A DNA stretch of 64,000 bases from an uncultured Phycisphaerales bacterium. GTDB taxonomy: Bacteria > Planctomycetota > Phycisphaerae > Tepidisphaerales > Tepidisphaeraceae. Location of the stretch: assembly GCA_963844715.1 (NCBI GenBank), contig CAWJPJ010000006.1, forward strand, positions 1,088,001 to 1,152,000, in the 5' to 3' direction. The notes below the pieces were generated by a model that was given only the letters and a program-made list of their open reading frames with translations, was not told the origin of the DNA and searched no databases. Shown piece after piece: positions 52,928 to 63,074 of this stretch (positions are counted from its first letter, which is position 1; the number at the start of each line of letters is the position of its first letter). The translations under genes and the position numbers were made by a program.

Positions 52928-52963
52928 AAAAAAATCGCTCCGCCCGGCTGAAGGGCGGAGCGA
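52928..52963 (-). terminator. Rho-independent terminator after the OmpA/MotB gene
   Basis: Minus strand CGCTCCGCCC-loop-GGGCGGAGCG followed by ATTTTTTT. Confidence 0.7.
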
Positions 52964-53033
52964 GGAGGGAAAGAGTCAACGACCGTGAAGGCCTGCCCCG
53001 GCTAATGGGTTTAGCCGGGACAGACCGGGATAA

Positions 53034-53952
53034 TTACTTGTTTAGCAACGAGCGATCGTCGGCGCTGGAGGTGGTGTCCTTATCCAGCCGGGACCGTGCC
53101 GAGGCGTGCCGCGGATCGGTGCTCATGTCCGAGCTGTCGCCGGCCAATGAGGAACGGGACGACGTCGGGAGAATCAGAATCTCGACGCGTCGATTCTGCG
53201 CCCGGCCTGCCTCGGTATTGTTGCTGGCGATGGGGCGCTGATCGGCATAACCCGCCACGCCCAGGCGCCGCTTGCTGACGCCGTCGCGGACGAGTTCCGC
53301 CGCAACCGCTATGGCGCGATGCGCCGAGAGATACCAGTTATCGAAATGGCCCTGCTCGATGGTCGATTGCCGCGACACGCGGGTGTTGTCGGTGTGGCCG
53401 GCGACCATGAGTTCATATCCGCTGGCGCCGGTAGAATTGAGAATCTCGGCGAAGCGCTGGATCGCCGCCTTCGCCTTGTCGCTGACATCCGCGCTTCCCA
53501 GCGCGAAGGTCACGTCGCTCTTGAACTTCACCACGCCCCGCGCCGCGTCGAAATCGACGACGTCGGGATTCGCGGCCGCGAAGTCGTTCAGCGCGTTGGT
53601 CAGCAGGCGCCGGAAGCGCCGAGCCGGTCGCTAGAACCTGCGGCGGACGCGAGAGTTCGTCCTCATACTTCGCCTGAATCGACGCGAGCTGCGCTCTCAT
53701 GTCGGAGATCTGCTGCTGATCGTTCAGCAGCATCGCGTCCTTGGTGTTGCCGGAATTGGCGATCGCGTCCAGTTGCGACTTGTAGGCGTCGGCCTGGGCG
53801 CGCTTGCGCTGTGAGTCAGCGTCGGACTGGCTGGCCTGCTCGGCAAGCGAGTCCGCACGCAACTTCATCGCATTGTATTTTTCCTGGGAAACGCAGCCTG
53901 TGAGCATCAGGCCGATTGCGGCTAGACCTAGCCACTTGTGCATCCGTGCCAT
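53034..53952 (-). CDS. OmpA/MotB-domain lipoprotein with coiled coil (frameshift near 53607)
   Basis: Lipobox LMLTG-C; coiled coil; VAGHTDN...NWYLSAHRA...GYADQRPIASN...GRAQNRRVEI. Confidence 0.88.
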
Positions 53953-54166
53953 ACGTGGGCCTCCGTGCAGGTTGAATTGTCTTGCGGAAGGCGGCAGATG
54001 TTCTCAACCCATCTCGCCCGCATGCCGCACAAAACTGAATCTTTCAGTTTTCAATTACCCGACGATCGGAGCCGACCCCATTGCAGTCAAGGCGGCTCCG
54101 CCGCCGAAACTTCGCGCGCATATTGACACAAAATTAAATATTTGCAAGTGGGGTGGGGAGAAAAAA

Positions 54167-54477
54167 GTAGAAACTTGAGACTAGAAACTTGAGGCTAGAG
54201 GCTAGGCACGAAGGCACGAAGGGTGGAAAATTCAGATGCAAGAAAAAGGGTGGAGGGAGGTCGCCGCGGCGACCTGGAGGAGTAGAGGAGTGGAGCAGTT
54301 GAGCAGTGGAGCGGCGCGCCCTTCGACTTGGCTCAGGGCGGGGGAAAAATAAATCATTTTCGAAAAAAGAGTGGGGTTAGGTCGCGGGACGACCTGGAGG
54401 GTAGAAGGTTGAGAGTAGAAGGGAGAGCTAGAGGGAGAAAAATAAATCGAATTCGGAAAAATAGGTGGGTAGAGGCT
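54167..54477. repeat. Composite array of short tandem repeats, palindromes and A-tract units
   Basis: TAGAAACTTGAG x2, GGCACGAA x2, perfect palindrome AGGTCGCCGCGGCGACCT (54258-54275) and variant AGGTCGCGGGACGACCT (54379-54395), GAGCAGT x2, GAAAAATAAATC x2. Confidence 0.7.
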
Positions 54478-54578
54478 GCACAGCGGATTTTCGGTTCGAA
54501 CGGTGATTGGCGGATTTTTTGGGGGAAGTCTTTTGGGGGGCTGGGGTTGGGGTGTTTGATTAATGTTAAAAAGACATG

Positions 54579-54612
54579 AGTTGCCAGTTGCGAGTTGCCA
54601 GTTGCCAGTTGG
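54579..54612. repeat. (AGTTGCC)n heptamer tract
   Basis: AGTTGCC AGTTGCG AGTTGCC AGTTGCC AGTTGG. Confidence 0.85.
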
Positions 54613-55582
54613 TCAGGGGAGAAGAGGGGCCACTTGGGGGCTGAAAAGGGCGGTGGGAGAAAGAATAAAAGAAAATGCATATGTTGATAGCAAGAAGATT
54701 TAATTTCTTGGGTGGGCGCAAAAGATGGCAGAATAAAGAGATAAGAATGCGATGATAAATATCAAAAAATCGATATTTGAATTTTCGGGGAATTATTTTG
54801 GTGGGTTGTTCTGTTGGGAGAATTCGCGCGGCGCCAGGTGTTGGCCGCGGGGAATACCTGGGGGGTCGCAGCGCTGCGGCGGTGGGGAACCGACTGATGA
54901 GCCTCGTCGCCTCAATCGTAGTCCTTATCGATGCTTTTTTTTCGTACTTGTCGGTGACGACATTCGTGTCGATCGGGTCGATCGGCTCGTATATCAAAGT
55001 CCCTCTCCGATGTGAGAACTGTTGGCTGGCCGGTTTTGAATTCGGGTGACCCGTTTGCGAATTGGGGAATCATGGGAGTCGTCGCCTGCGGCGGCGGGTG
55101 CTGAGGCGTTTCGCCTTCACGGCGACCTCGGTTCGACAGCGCTCGCCGGAGCCAAACGCGTCCTTCATAGCCCCGGCTTGAATGGTGTGCGATGGATCAT
55201 GAGACTTGCGGTCAAGGGGATTAGCGGTTTGCGCTTTTGGGAGATTTTTTGGCGGGGGTTTTGCGGTTCTTGGCGGGGGATTTAGATTTGGGTGGGTACG
55301 AATCTTTTTTGGCGGAAGACTTTTGCGCGGCAGCGCCGGAGTAGTTGAGGGCGGCGCTGCGGGAGGCGTGCGCGTGCGGAAGCGGGGGTACCAATACCCC
55401 AACGGATGGCTATCCGCTGGCTTTGGCAGAGGGAGGGAGGGATGATCCGGGGCAACAAGTTACCCCGGCTTCGGGGGGAATTTTGCGTGGTGGCGCGGTT
55501 CGAGCGCGCTGATCGCGGTCCGTGGGCGTTTGGGGGGGGACGCGCGGTGCTTTGCACGCGCGGCTAAATATGGGGGTGGTGG

Positions 55583-56655
55583 TTAGCTTTTTCCGGTGGC
55601 TTTTCCCAGGACGAAACCGACGAGGAAGAAGACTACTGAGACGGCTACGCCTGCGCCGGCGAGGACGAGGAAGCCGTAGGTGGCGACCTGTTGCATGATT
55701 GTGGGGGCCGTATCCAAGACTCCGGTGATTAGGGCGAAGGCGCCGAAGATTACGAAGATCGTCGCGCCGAGGGCCGCGGCGCCGAAGGCGGCGGACATGG
55801 GGTCGGGCTTTTCGACGTAAGTCAGGATCACGGGCGGCGCCGCCTTGCGCTTGGCGGCCGACGCCTGCGACTCCTGCGACGCTTCTCGTTCCGCTCATTC
55901 CTGCCAGGCTGCCGCTCATACTTCCGCCGAGGCTTCCGGCCATGCTGCCGGCCATGCTCCCACCGACGGATGCCGTTCCGCTTCGGCTCTTTTGGATATT
56001 GGTGCCGCTGGCGCTGGGGGCAATTTCATCGAGCAGTTCCGCGCCGAGGCTGGTGTCGTCGCTTTCCTTGGTGAGATCGAGAAGGCCGGAACCTGAGCCG
56101 ACGGCTTCGATATTCATCTGATCCGCATGGCTTGGGGAGACGGATGTCTGCGCGGCCGGATCGACTCGATCCACTTCATCGTTCTGGAAAACGTCGATGC
56201 CGGCCTTGCTTCCCTGCGCCATTCCGGCGCCGGTTGCGCTGGGTCCGCTGGGCATGCCGGAGGCCGATTTTGCGGGGGAGGGCATTCCGCCGACCGATCC
56301 GCTCAAGCCTAAATCCTGCCGCCAGGGCCGTGTCTTCCTTCAGGGTCATTCCCGCGCCGGGGCTGCGGCCGCTTTCATCGACGAGGGTCAGGCCGGTTCC
56401 GCTCATTCCCTTGCTGCTGTCCGCCAAGCCGATTGCCATGGCGCTTCCGCTGTCCGATGGGCCCAAATCCTTCGCGTCGACATTTCCTTCGGCAATTTCC
56501 GCGCGCAGGGACTCGACCTGGTCCGCCTTGAACATCAATCGCTGTCCGTCGCGGAATTCCCGCAGCCGCCCTTCCCTGGCGAACTGCTTAATCTCTTCGT
56601 CATTTTTCCCGAGCGCGGCTTTCGCCTCGTCGAGCGTGTAAAACATCTTGGCCAT
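55583..56655 (-). CDS. Excisionase/MerR-like HTH protein with acidic linker and two C-terminal TM helices (frameshifts near 56315 and 55845)
   Basis: MFYTLDEAKAALG...EGRLREFRDGQRLMFKADQVE; Gly/Ser/Asp-rich linker; C-terminal hydrophobic helices in ORF 55583..55831. Confidence 0.75.
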
Positions 56656-56723
56656 GCTAGATCCTAGAAGTTTGAGGCTAGAGACTAGAGTGTCACCGAT
56701 ACCATTTTAGCAAATCTGCCGCG

Positions 56724-57152
56724 TTACTTTCCATCGGGAGGGGACGAATCCTCGCCGGTCTGGGTTTGTTTGCCGTTGTTTTGATCTTCCACCAGTTTTT
56801 TCACGTCATAAGCCGGGGGAAACGTGTCGTAGTTCTTCAGTTGCAGGTCATACTGGTAGTCCCGCGCTGCGGTGAGCACGAGGGCTTTGTCTCCCGAGCG
56901 ATATTCATATACGCACATGGTTCCATGCTCGACGTCCACCAGAAAGCACCCCCACACGTTGGGATGCAACTGGCAGGGCATGACGAACACGCCATTCCCG
57001 CCGGTGATCGGCAGCTGCGGCGGCATGTCGGCCAGGGCCGGCGCGTCCATCCCTCGACCCTTGCCCAGAAGCACGATCAGAATTCCCAACAACAACGCCG
57101 CATTGGCATACAATGCCACGGCTACGACGCTGGGAGTGCGGGGATGGCTCAT
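56724..57152 (-). CDS. Hypothetical exported or membrane-anchored protein
   Basis: N-terminal hydrophobic helix and a beta-rich domain (FLVDVEHGTMCVYEY...LTAARDYQYDL). Confidence 0.75.
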   Translation of the reverse strand: MSHPRTPSVVAVALYANAALLLGILIVLLGKGRGMDAPALADMPPQLPITGGNGVFVMPCQLHPNVWGCFLVDVEHGTMCVYEYRSGDKALVLTAARDYQYDLQLKNYDTFPPAYDVKKLVEDQNNGKQTQTGEDSSPPDGK

Positions 57153-57282
57153 CAAACGAACGTCGACCCTAAATATCTGACCAGGAATTCGGGGGCTGGG
57201 CAGTCGCCCAATTCTGCCGTATCTTAGCCGACTGCACGTTCGCCGAGCAAGGAATTCTTAAGCTATAGAGACCCGATAAATA

Positions 57283-58157
57283 GTGCTCAATGCCGCCGAT
57301 ACATCCGCCCCACGCCATTCCGCCCCCGCGGCCCGGCGGGGCCATGCCCTACCGCCAGATGTCCAACCCCAAATCCGCGTCGAAAAACCCGGCCCCTGGC
57401 TGCAATTGGGCTCGTCGGCGGGCTTTGAATGGACGGTTCTGGACCTCCCCATCCCCAATCTCCCGGAAGACCTCGTTGGCCTGCGGCTCCTGCACCTCAG
57501 CGATTTCCACGCTCGGAACCTCTGGGACCCGGCGTATGACCACCTCATCGAGCGGGTCACGCAGAATCGCCCCGACTTGATCGTCTTTACCGGCGATTTC
57601 GTCGACAACAAGCGCGACCATCGCCCGGGGCTGCCGACGGCGAGAAAGCTAATCAATTCGCTCCACGGCCGCCTGGGGACGGTTGCGATTCTCGGCAATC
57701 ATGATGGCGCCGTCGCGCCGGCCATGCACACGAACTGGATGTCAATCTCATCGACCATCGCCGCGTGCTCGTGCCCGTGGGCAATTCCAATATCGAACTG
57801 ATCGGACTTGGCGGGCTTGACCGGCTGGATCTTGATCTCGCATTCATCGGGTCCATCGAGGAAAAGTCGCCTGGCAATCTGCGCATCATCCTTTCGCATT
57901 TCCCTGATTTGATCCGCCGGTGCCTACCTTTGAGCCCCGATATTTATCTGTGCGGCCATAGTCACGGCGGACAAGTCTGTTTTCCGAATCGTCGGCCGAT
58001 CCTCCGGCACGATTCGCTCCCCCACCATCTTTGCACGGGCATCCACCGGGCCTATGGCACGTGGATGATCGCCAACCGGGGGCTGGGGTTTTCGTCGTTT
58101 CGAATTCGCGTTTTCTGCCCGGCCGAGGTAATTGAAATCCGGTTGGCTAAACTGTAA
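57283..58157 (+). CDS. Calcineurin-like metallophosphoesterase (YkuE-like), frameshift near 57715
   Basis: LHLSDFH, FTGDFVD, LGNHD, LSHFPD, CGHSHGGQ motifs. Confidence 0.9.
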
Positions 58158-58168
58158 TGGGAAGGTGA

Positions 58169-58582
58169 ATGCCAAAAACCGAATCGCGCAGCAAACCCGA
58201 AGCCCCACCCGCCACCCCCACTGAGCAGGAAGCCGCGCGCATCGCCGCCAGCCGCGAGTTTGCGATCGAGATCGCGCGGCTCGCGCAGAACACGCGCTGC
58301 CATAACATTCTGATCCTCGAGATGGCATCCGTCTGCCCGGTGACCGATTATTTCGTCATCGCCACAGGGACCAGCGCCCGGCAGATGCGCACGGTGTGCG
58401 ATCAGATCGACGAGATGGCGGAAAAGATGAATTTCAAATGCTTCCGCCGCAGCGGGTACGAAGCGTCAACATGGATCGCGGCGGATTATGTGGATGTGGT
58501 GGTGCATATTTTCGATGGGGAGGCCAGGGCGTATTACGATCTGGAAAATCTTTGGGGGGACGCGAAGAGGATTGGGTTTTAA
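58169..58582 (+). CDS. rsfS: Ribosome silencing factor (Iojap)
   Basis: TDYFVIATGTSARQM...WIAADYVDVVVHIF..EARAYYDLENLWGDA. Confidence 0.95.
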   Translation: MPKTESRSKPEAPPATPTEQEAARIAASREFAIEIARLAQNTRCHNILILEMASVCPVTDYFVIATGTSARQMRTVCDQIDEMAEKMNFKCFRRSGYEASTWIAADYVDVVVHIFDGEARAYYDLENLWGDAKRIGF

Positions 58583-58732
58583 GGCGCTGCGGGTTGATTT
58601 GGCTGCCTCGATGTCTTTCGTGATTGGATCACAGCAGTCACCAGCCCGAGCAATACCAAATCCCTCACCAATCCGAATCGGTTGCTCGCCGCGGCGTCCG
58701 CCGTTCGTTTCATGTTTCCGAAACATTCATAC

Positions 58733-61700
58733 TCACGCCGCGTTGGCGCCGCAGCATTTCTTGTACTTCTTCCCGCTTCCGCAGGGGCATAGATCGTTGC
58801 GTCCGACCTTGGGGGCATCGCGCACGATCGGCTTCACGGCGCCGGCTCCCTGGGTGCGATCGGAGGCTTCCTGCATTTCTCCTTTGGCTCCCACCGCGCC
58901 GACCGGTCCGACGGCCGCGGCGGTGGCGGCGACATTTTCCTTGACGCCGTAACCTCCGGTTGATTCGTGCACGGCGGCGGTTTCCTTGTAGGCGCTGCGG
59001 GTTTCGGCAGCCCCGACCACGCGGGCGCGGAAGATCAGGTCGGTCACTTTGTCGCGCACGGAGGCCATCATTTCCTGGAAGAATCGATACCCTTCTTTTT
59101 TGTACTGAACGCGCGGGTCCTCTTCGGCGAACGCCATCAGGCCGATGCCGGCCTTGAGCATGTCCATCGCGTAGAGATGGTCTTTCCAGGTCTGGTCGAA
59201 GATCTGGATGAGGACGAACTGTTCCAGATCCGTGAGTTCGCCGCGGATGAACTGGCGGCCGCGATTCAGGACGATTTCCCGAACCTGCTCGGGCGTGCCC
59301 GGGACGGCGAGCACCGGGCCGTCGTTGTCGTCGGGATTGAGGCGGATCAGAAAATCCTTATCGGTGAGTTTCAGCCCGAACCGTTCGTTGACGGCGCGGC
59401 GCAGCGATTCCTTTTCCGGATTTTGCGCGATCAGGTCGTCGACCGTCTTTTCGAGTTTCCCGCCGGTGAGGAATTCTCGCTGGGACGCGATGAGTTCCTC
59501 GCGCGAGCTTGGGAATTCCGACAGTTCGCACGTGGTCGAGGGACATCTGCACGCCGAATTTCTTCATGGCCCAGTCACGGATGTACTCGGCGATGTAGGG
59601 ATTATCCGCCGACGCCTCGACCCCGCCGAAGGCGAGCGTCAGGGCGTGATCCACGGGGTACTCGATTTCGCGCTGCGAATAGGCGGCCCGCGCCTTGGTC
59701 TCGATGAACGCCGCGATATCCTCGGAATTCTTGGGCGTGCGGCTTTTCACGTCGAGCATGAAGTCCTCGGCCGAAATCTTCAGCCCGAATTTCTCGTTGG
59801 CCCAGTTCGCCAGTTCGCGTTCGGCGTAGAGCGGCTCGAGGTATTTGAGCAAACCCGCGCAGCTGCGCTGCTCGATCTGCTCGACCGCAGCGAGCCGAAG
59901 CTTCTCCTCCAGTTCCCGCACATTGAGCTGCCGAACCTGGTTCTGAGATAGATGGACGTGAAAACGGCTCATCGCCCAGCTTTGCAGGCCCTTGGTATCC
60001 CACTGCTTGGTGTCCTCGGCGTCCTCTCCGGTGAACTCCGCGAGGGTCGCGGTCAGATTGGTTTCGGCCTCGGAGCGGGCCTGCGATTTGATGTACGACT
60101 CGAGTTCGTCGATCGACCTGCGGCCGATGAAGTCGGACGAATCGAGCGAGGTGGTGTCGAAATTCACGCGCGACCACTCGGCGATCGTCGCCGCCACGAA
60201 ATCCTTGGTGATATATTTCTCGACGGCGTCGTCGATCGACTCGCCGATCATGTCCCAGATGACCTGGTCCACGGCGGTCCCGACCAGCACGCGCTGCCGC
60301 ATTCCGTAGAACGTGTTCCGCTGATGATTGATCACCTCGTCGTATTCCAGGAGATTCTTGCGCGCCAGGTAGTTTCGCTCCTCGACCTTTTTCTGGGCGC
60401 GCAGGATTCCCTTTGAGATTCGCTTGTCCTCGATGGCCATCCCCTCTCCCATGCCAAGCCAGCCGAGGACCTTGATCGTCCACTCGCCGGCGAACATCTT
60501 CATCAGGTCGTCCTGAAGGCTGACGTAGAACCGCGACGACCCCGGGTCTCCCTGGCGTCCGCCGCGGCCGCGAAGCTGGTTGTCGATTCGCCGCGCCGTA
60601 TGCCGTTCCGTGCCGATGACGTGGAGGCCACCGGCCTTTTTCGTCTCGTCGATGAGTTTGATGTCCGTGCCGCGGCCGGCCATGTTCGTCGCGATCGTCA
60701 CGTTTCCGACGATCTGCCCGTGGGCGTTCTTATGACTGCTGTCCCGCCACGCCCACGATCTGCGCCTCGCGCTCGTGGTGCTTGGCGTTGAGGACCTCGT
60801 GCTCGATCCCGTACTTCCGCTTCAGCATGGTCGAGAGCATTTCGCTGTTTTCGACGCTGGTCGTGCCCACCAGGATCGGGCGGCCCTTCTCGTGCTCGGC
60901 CTTGATCTCCTCGATGATGGCTTCCCATTTCTCCTTTGCGGTTCGGTAAACGCGATCCTCGTGATCCGCGCGGGCGACCGGGCGGTTGGTCGGGATGGTC
61001 ACCACGTCCAGACTGTAAATCTTGCCGAATTCCTCGGCCTCGGTCTGCGCCGTTCCGGTCATCCCGGAAAGGGACTTGTACATCTTGAAGAAATTCTGGA
61101 GCGTGACGGTCGCCAGGGTTTGCGTTTCTTCCTTGATCGGCACGTGCTTCCTTGGCCTCGGTCGCCTGGTGCAGGCCGTCCGACCATTGCCGGCCGACCA
61201 TTTTCCGCCCCGTATATTCGTCGACGATGACGACTTCCATCTCCCCCTTCTGGCCGCGCTCGACGACGTAATCCTTGTCCCGCTCGTAAACCACATGGGC
61301 TTGCATGGACTGTTCCATCAGATGCGGCCATTCCATGTTGTTCCCGACGATAGAAGCTGCCGACACCGGCCGCTTCCTGCGCCGCGGCGATTCCTTCGTG
61401 AGTGAGATGCACGCTTTTGCGGTCCAACTCAACTTCGTAGTATTGGGTCAATCCGTCCTGGCGCTTCTGGGCATCCTCGAGCTGGCGTTCCGCCTCGGCG
61501 TGGCGTTTCCGGGCCGCGGCGGCATCGGCGCTGTTCTTCGCGTTCGATTCATCCCCTTCCGCCGCCTTGATCGAGCGCACTGCGCCGCCTGGACGATTTC
61601 CTCCGCCGCGTTCCAGGGCTTGTTCAGCTCAATCACCTTCCGCGCCACGGCGTCGGCGGCTCGATATTTCCCCGCATCGTCGTGCGCGGCACCGCTGATG

Positions 61701-62579
61701 ATCAGCGGCGTGCGCGCCTCGTCGATCAGGATCGAGTCCACTTCGTCCACGACGACGAATTCCAGCGGCCCCTGCACCTGAAGCGCGGCCCGTTCCTTCA
61801 TGTTGTCGCGCAGATAATCGAAGCCGAATTCCGCGTTGGTTCCGTAGGTCACATCCGAACCATACGCCGCTCGGCGCGCATCGCCGCCCGGGGCCATTTC
61901 GGTCTGGATGAATCCGACGGTTAGTCCCAGATTCTCAAAGGCCGGCCGAACCCACATCGCGTCGCGCCGGACCAGGTAATCGTTCACCGTGACCACGTGG
62001 CAATGATTCCCCTCCAGCACGCGCATGAAACATGCCAGCGGAGCGACGAAGGTTTTGCCCTCGCCCGTGGCCATTTCGGCGATCTTGCCTTCGTATAGAA
62101 CCAGACCCCCGATGAACTGCACGTCAAAGCAGCGGCACCGGAACGGCGGGCGGCTTTCGGGATAAATCTTGCGAACCGCATCGTAAATCTTCAGCGGAAT
62201 CGGCACCGTGCCGCCAGGATTGCCCCGTCCCGATCAGGGTCTGCTGCACCTGGTCGTAAACCTCCAGCATCTTGTCGTCGAACTGATCGGGATCGAAATG
62301 ATTCTCCGGATCGAAGATGGCCCGGATGCCGATGTTGCGGTCCATCGACTCGCGAATGATCCCGAACACCTCCGGCAGGACTTCGCTGCGCCGGATTTTT
62401 CCGCTGGTGAGCTGCTGGCGAATCTCCGCGGTGCGCTCGCGCAACTGCTGATCCGTCTTGACGCGAACTTGCGGTTCGATCGCGTTGATCTGATCCACGA
62501 CGCGGTGATACCGCTTCAAAAGCCGTTCATTGCGGCTGCCGAAAACTTTGGTCAGCGTCTTGCTAAAATTAATTGCCAT
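58733..62579 (-). CDS. secA: Preprotein translocase SecA (~1,280 aa, several frameshifts)
   Basis: [75 protein letters not shown]-terminal [18 protein letters not shown]. Confidence 0.97.
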
Positions 62580-62653
62580 GACACCCCTCCCTATCGGGGG
62601 ATTAAGAAAAGGGACGAATCGATTAAACTAGAAACTGAAAAGCGCCGGCCGAA

Positions 62654-62946
62654 TCAGCACAGCGGGGGAGGGAGGCGGAAATCAAAGGGGGAGAGATGAA
62701 TCGCCGAGGCGATTCGAACCGTCCTGGCGACGGAGACGGGGATGGCGGCGGGCTTGAGGTTGGTCACTCGCGGCTGGTACATCCGCAGGGGCGGCATGGC
62801 CCGCCGGAGCGACACTTCCAGGCGCTGAAAATCCGCCCCGCGACTTCCATTGCCGGCCGCTCGACGGGGGCGGCCATGCTAACGCGATCGGCGCATAAGG
62901 CCGTCGCCAAAAGAGTTACCGCGATGAAGTGCCTGGAACGTCGCAT
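62654..62946 (-). CDS. Putative secA leader (secretion-monitor-like) peptide, ~97 aa after correcting one indel near 62823
   Basis: MRRSRHFIAVTLLATALCADRVSMA signal-like N-terminus; the shifted frame reads RLEVSLRRAMPPLRMYQPR...HLSPFDFRLPPPLC*, ending 74 nt before the secA ATG. Confidence 0.65.
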
Positions 62947-63074
62947 AGCTTCAGTGCCGCTAGCAATATCCCCCCATCCGCCGGAAGCGTCAAGTCCGGC
63001 CATTGCGTTAGAATTTTAGGCCTATTATCCTGCGGTTTCCGCCGCTTTTGGGCGCGTTGCGTCTGGAGGTTGTT

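Noticed and set aside
53953..54130. Riboswitch in the leader of the OmpA/MotB gene
   Set aside because: Several hairpins are present, but I could not match the conserved motifs of c-di-GMP or any other known riboswitch class.
54150..54480. CRISPR array
   Set aside because: Only 2-3 divergent units, spacers of unequal length made of micro-repeats, and no cas genes in the window.
54893..54960. CTGATGAG as a hammerhead ribozyme core
   Set aside because: There is no downstream stem II followed by GAAA and no matching stems I/III.
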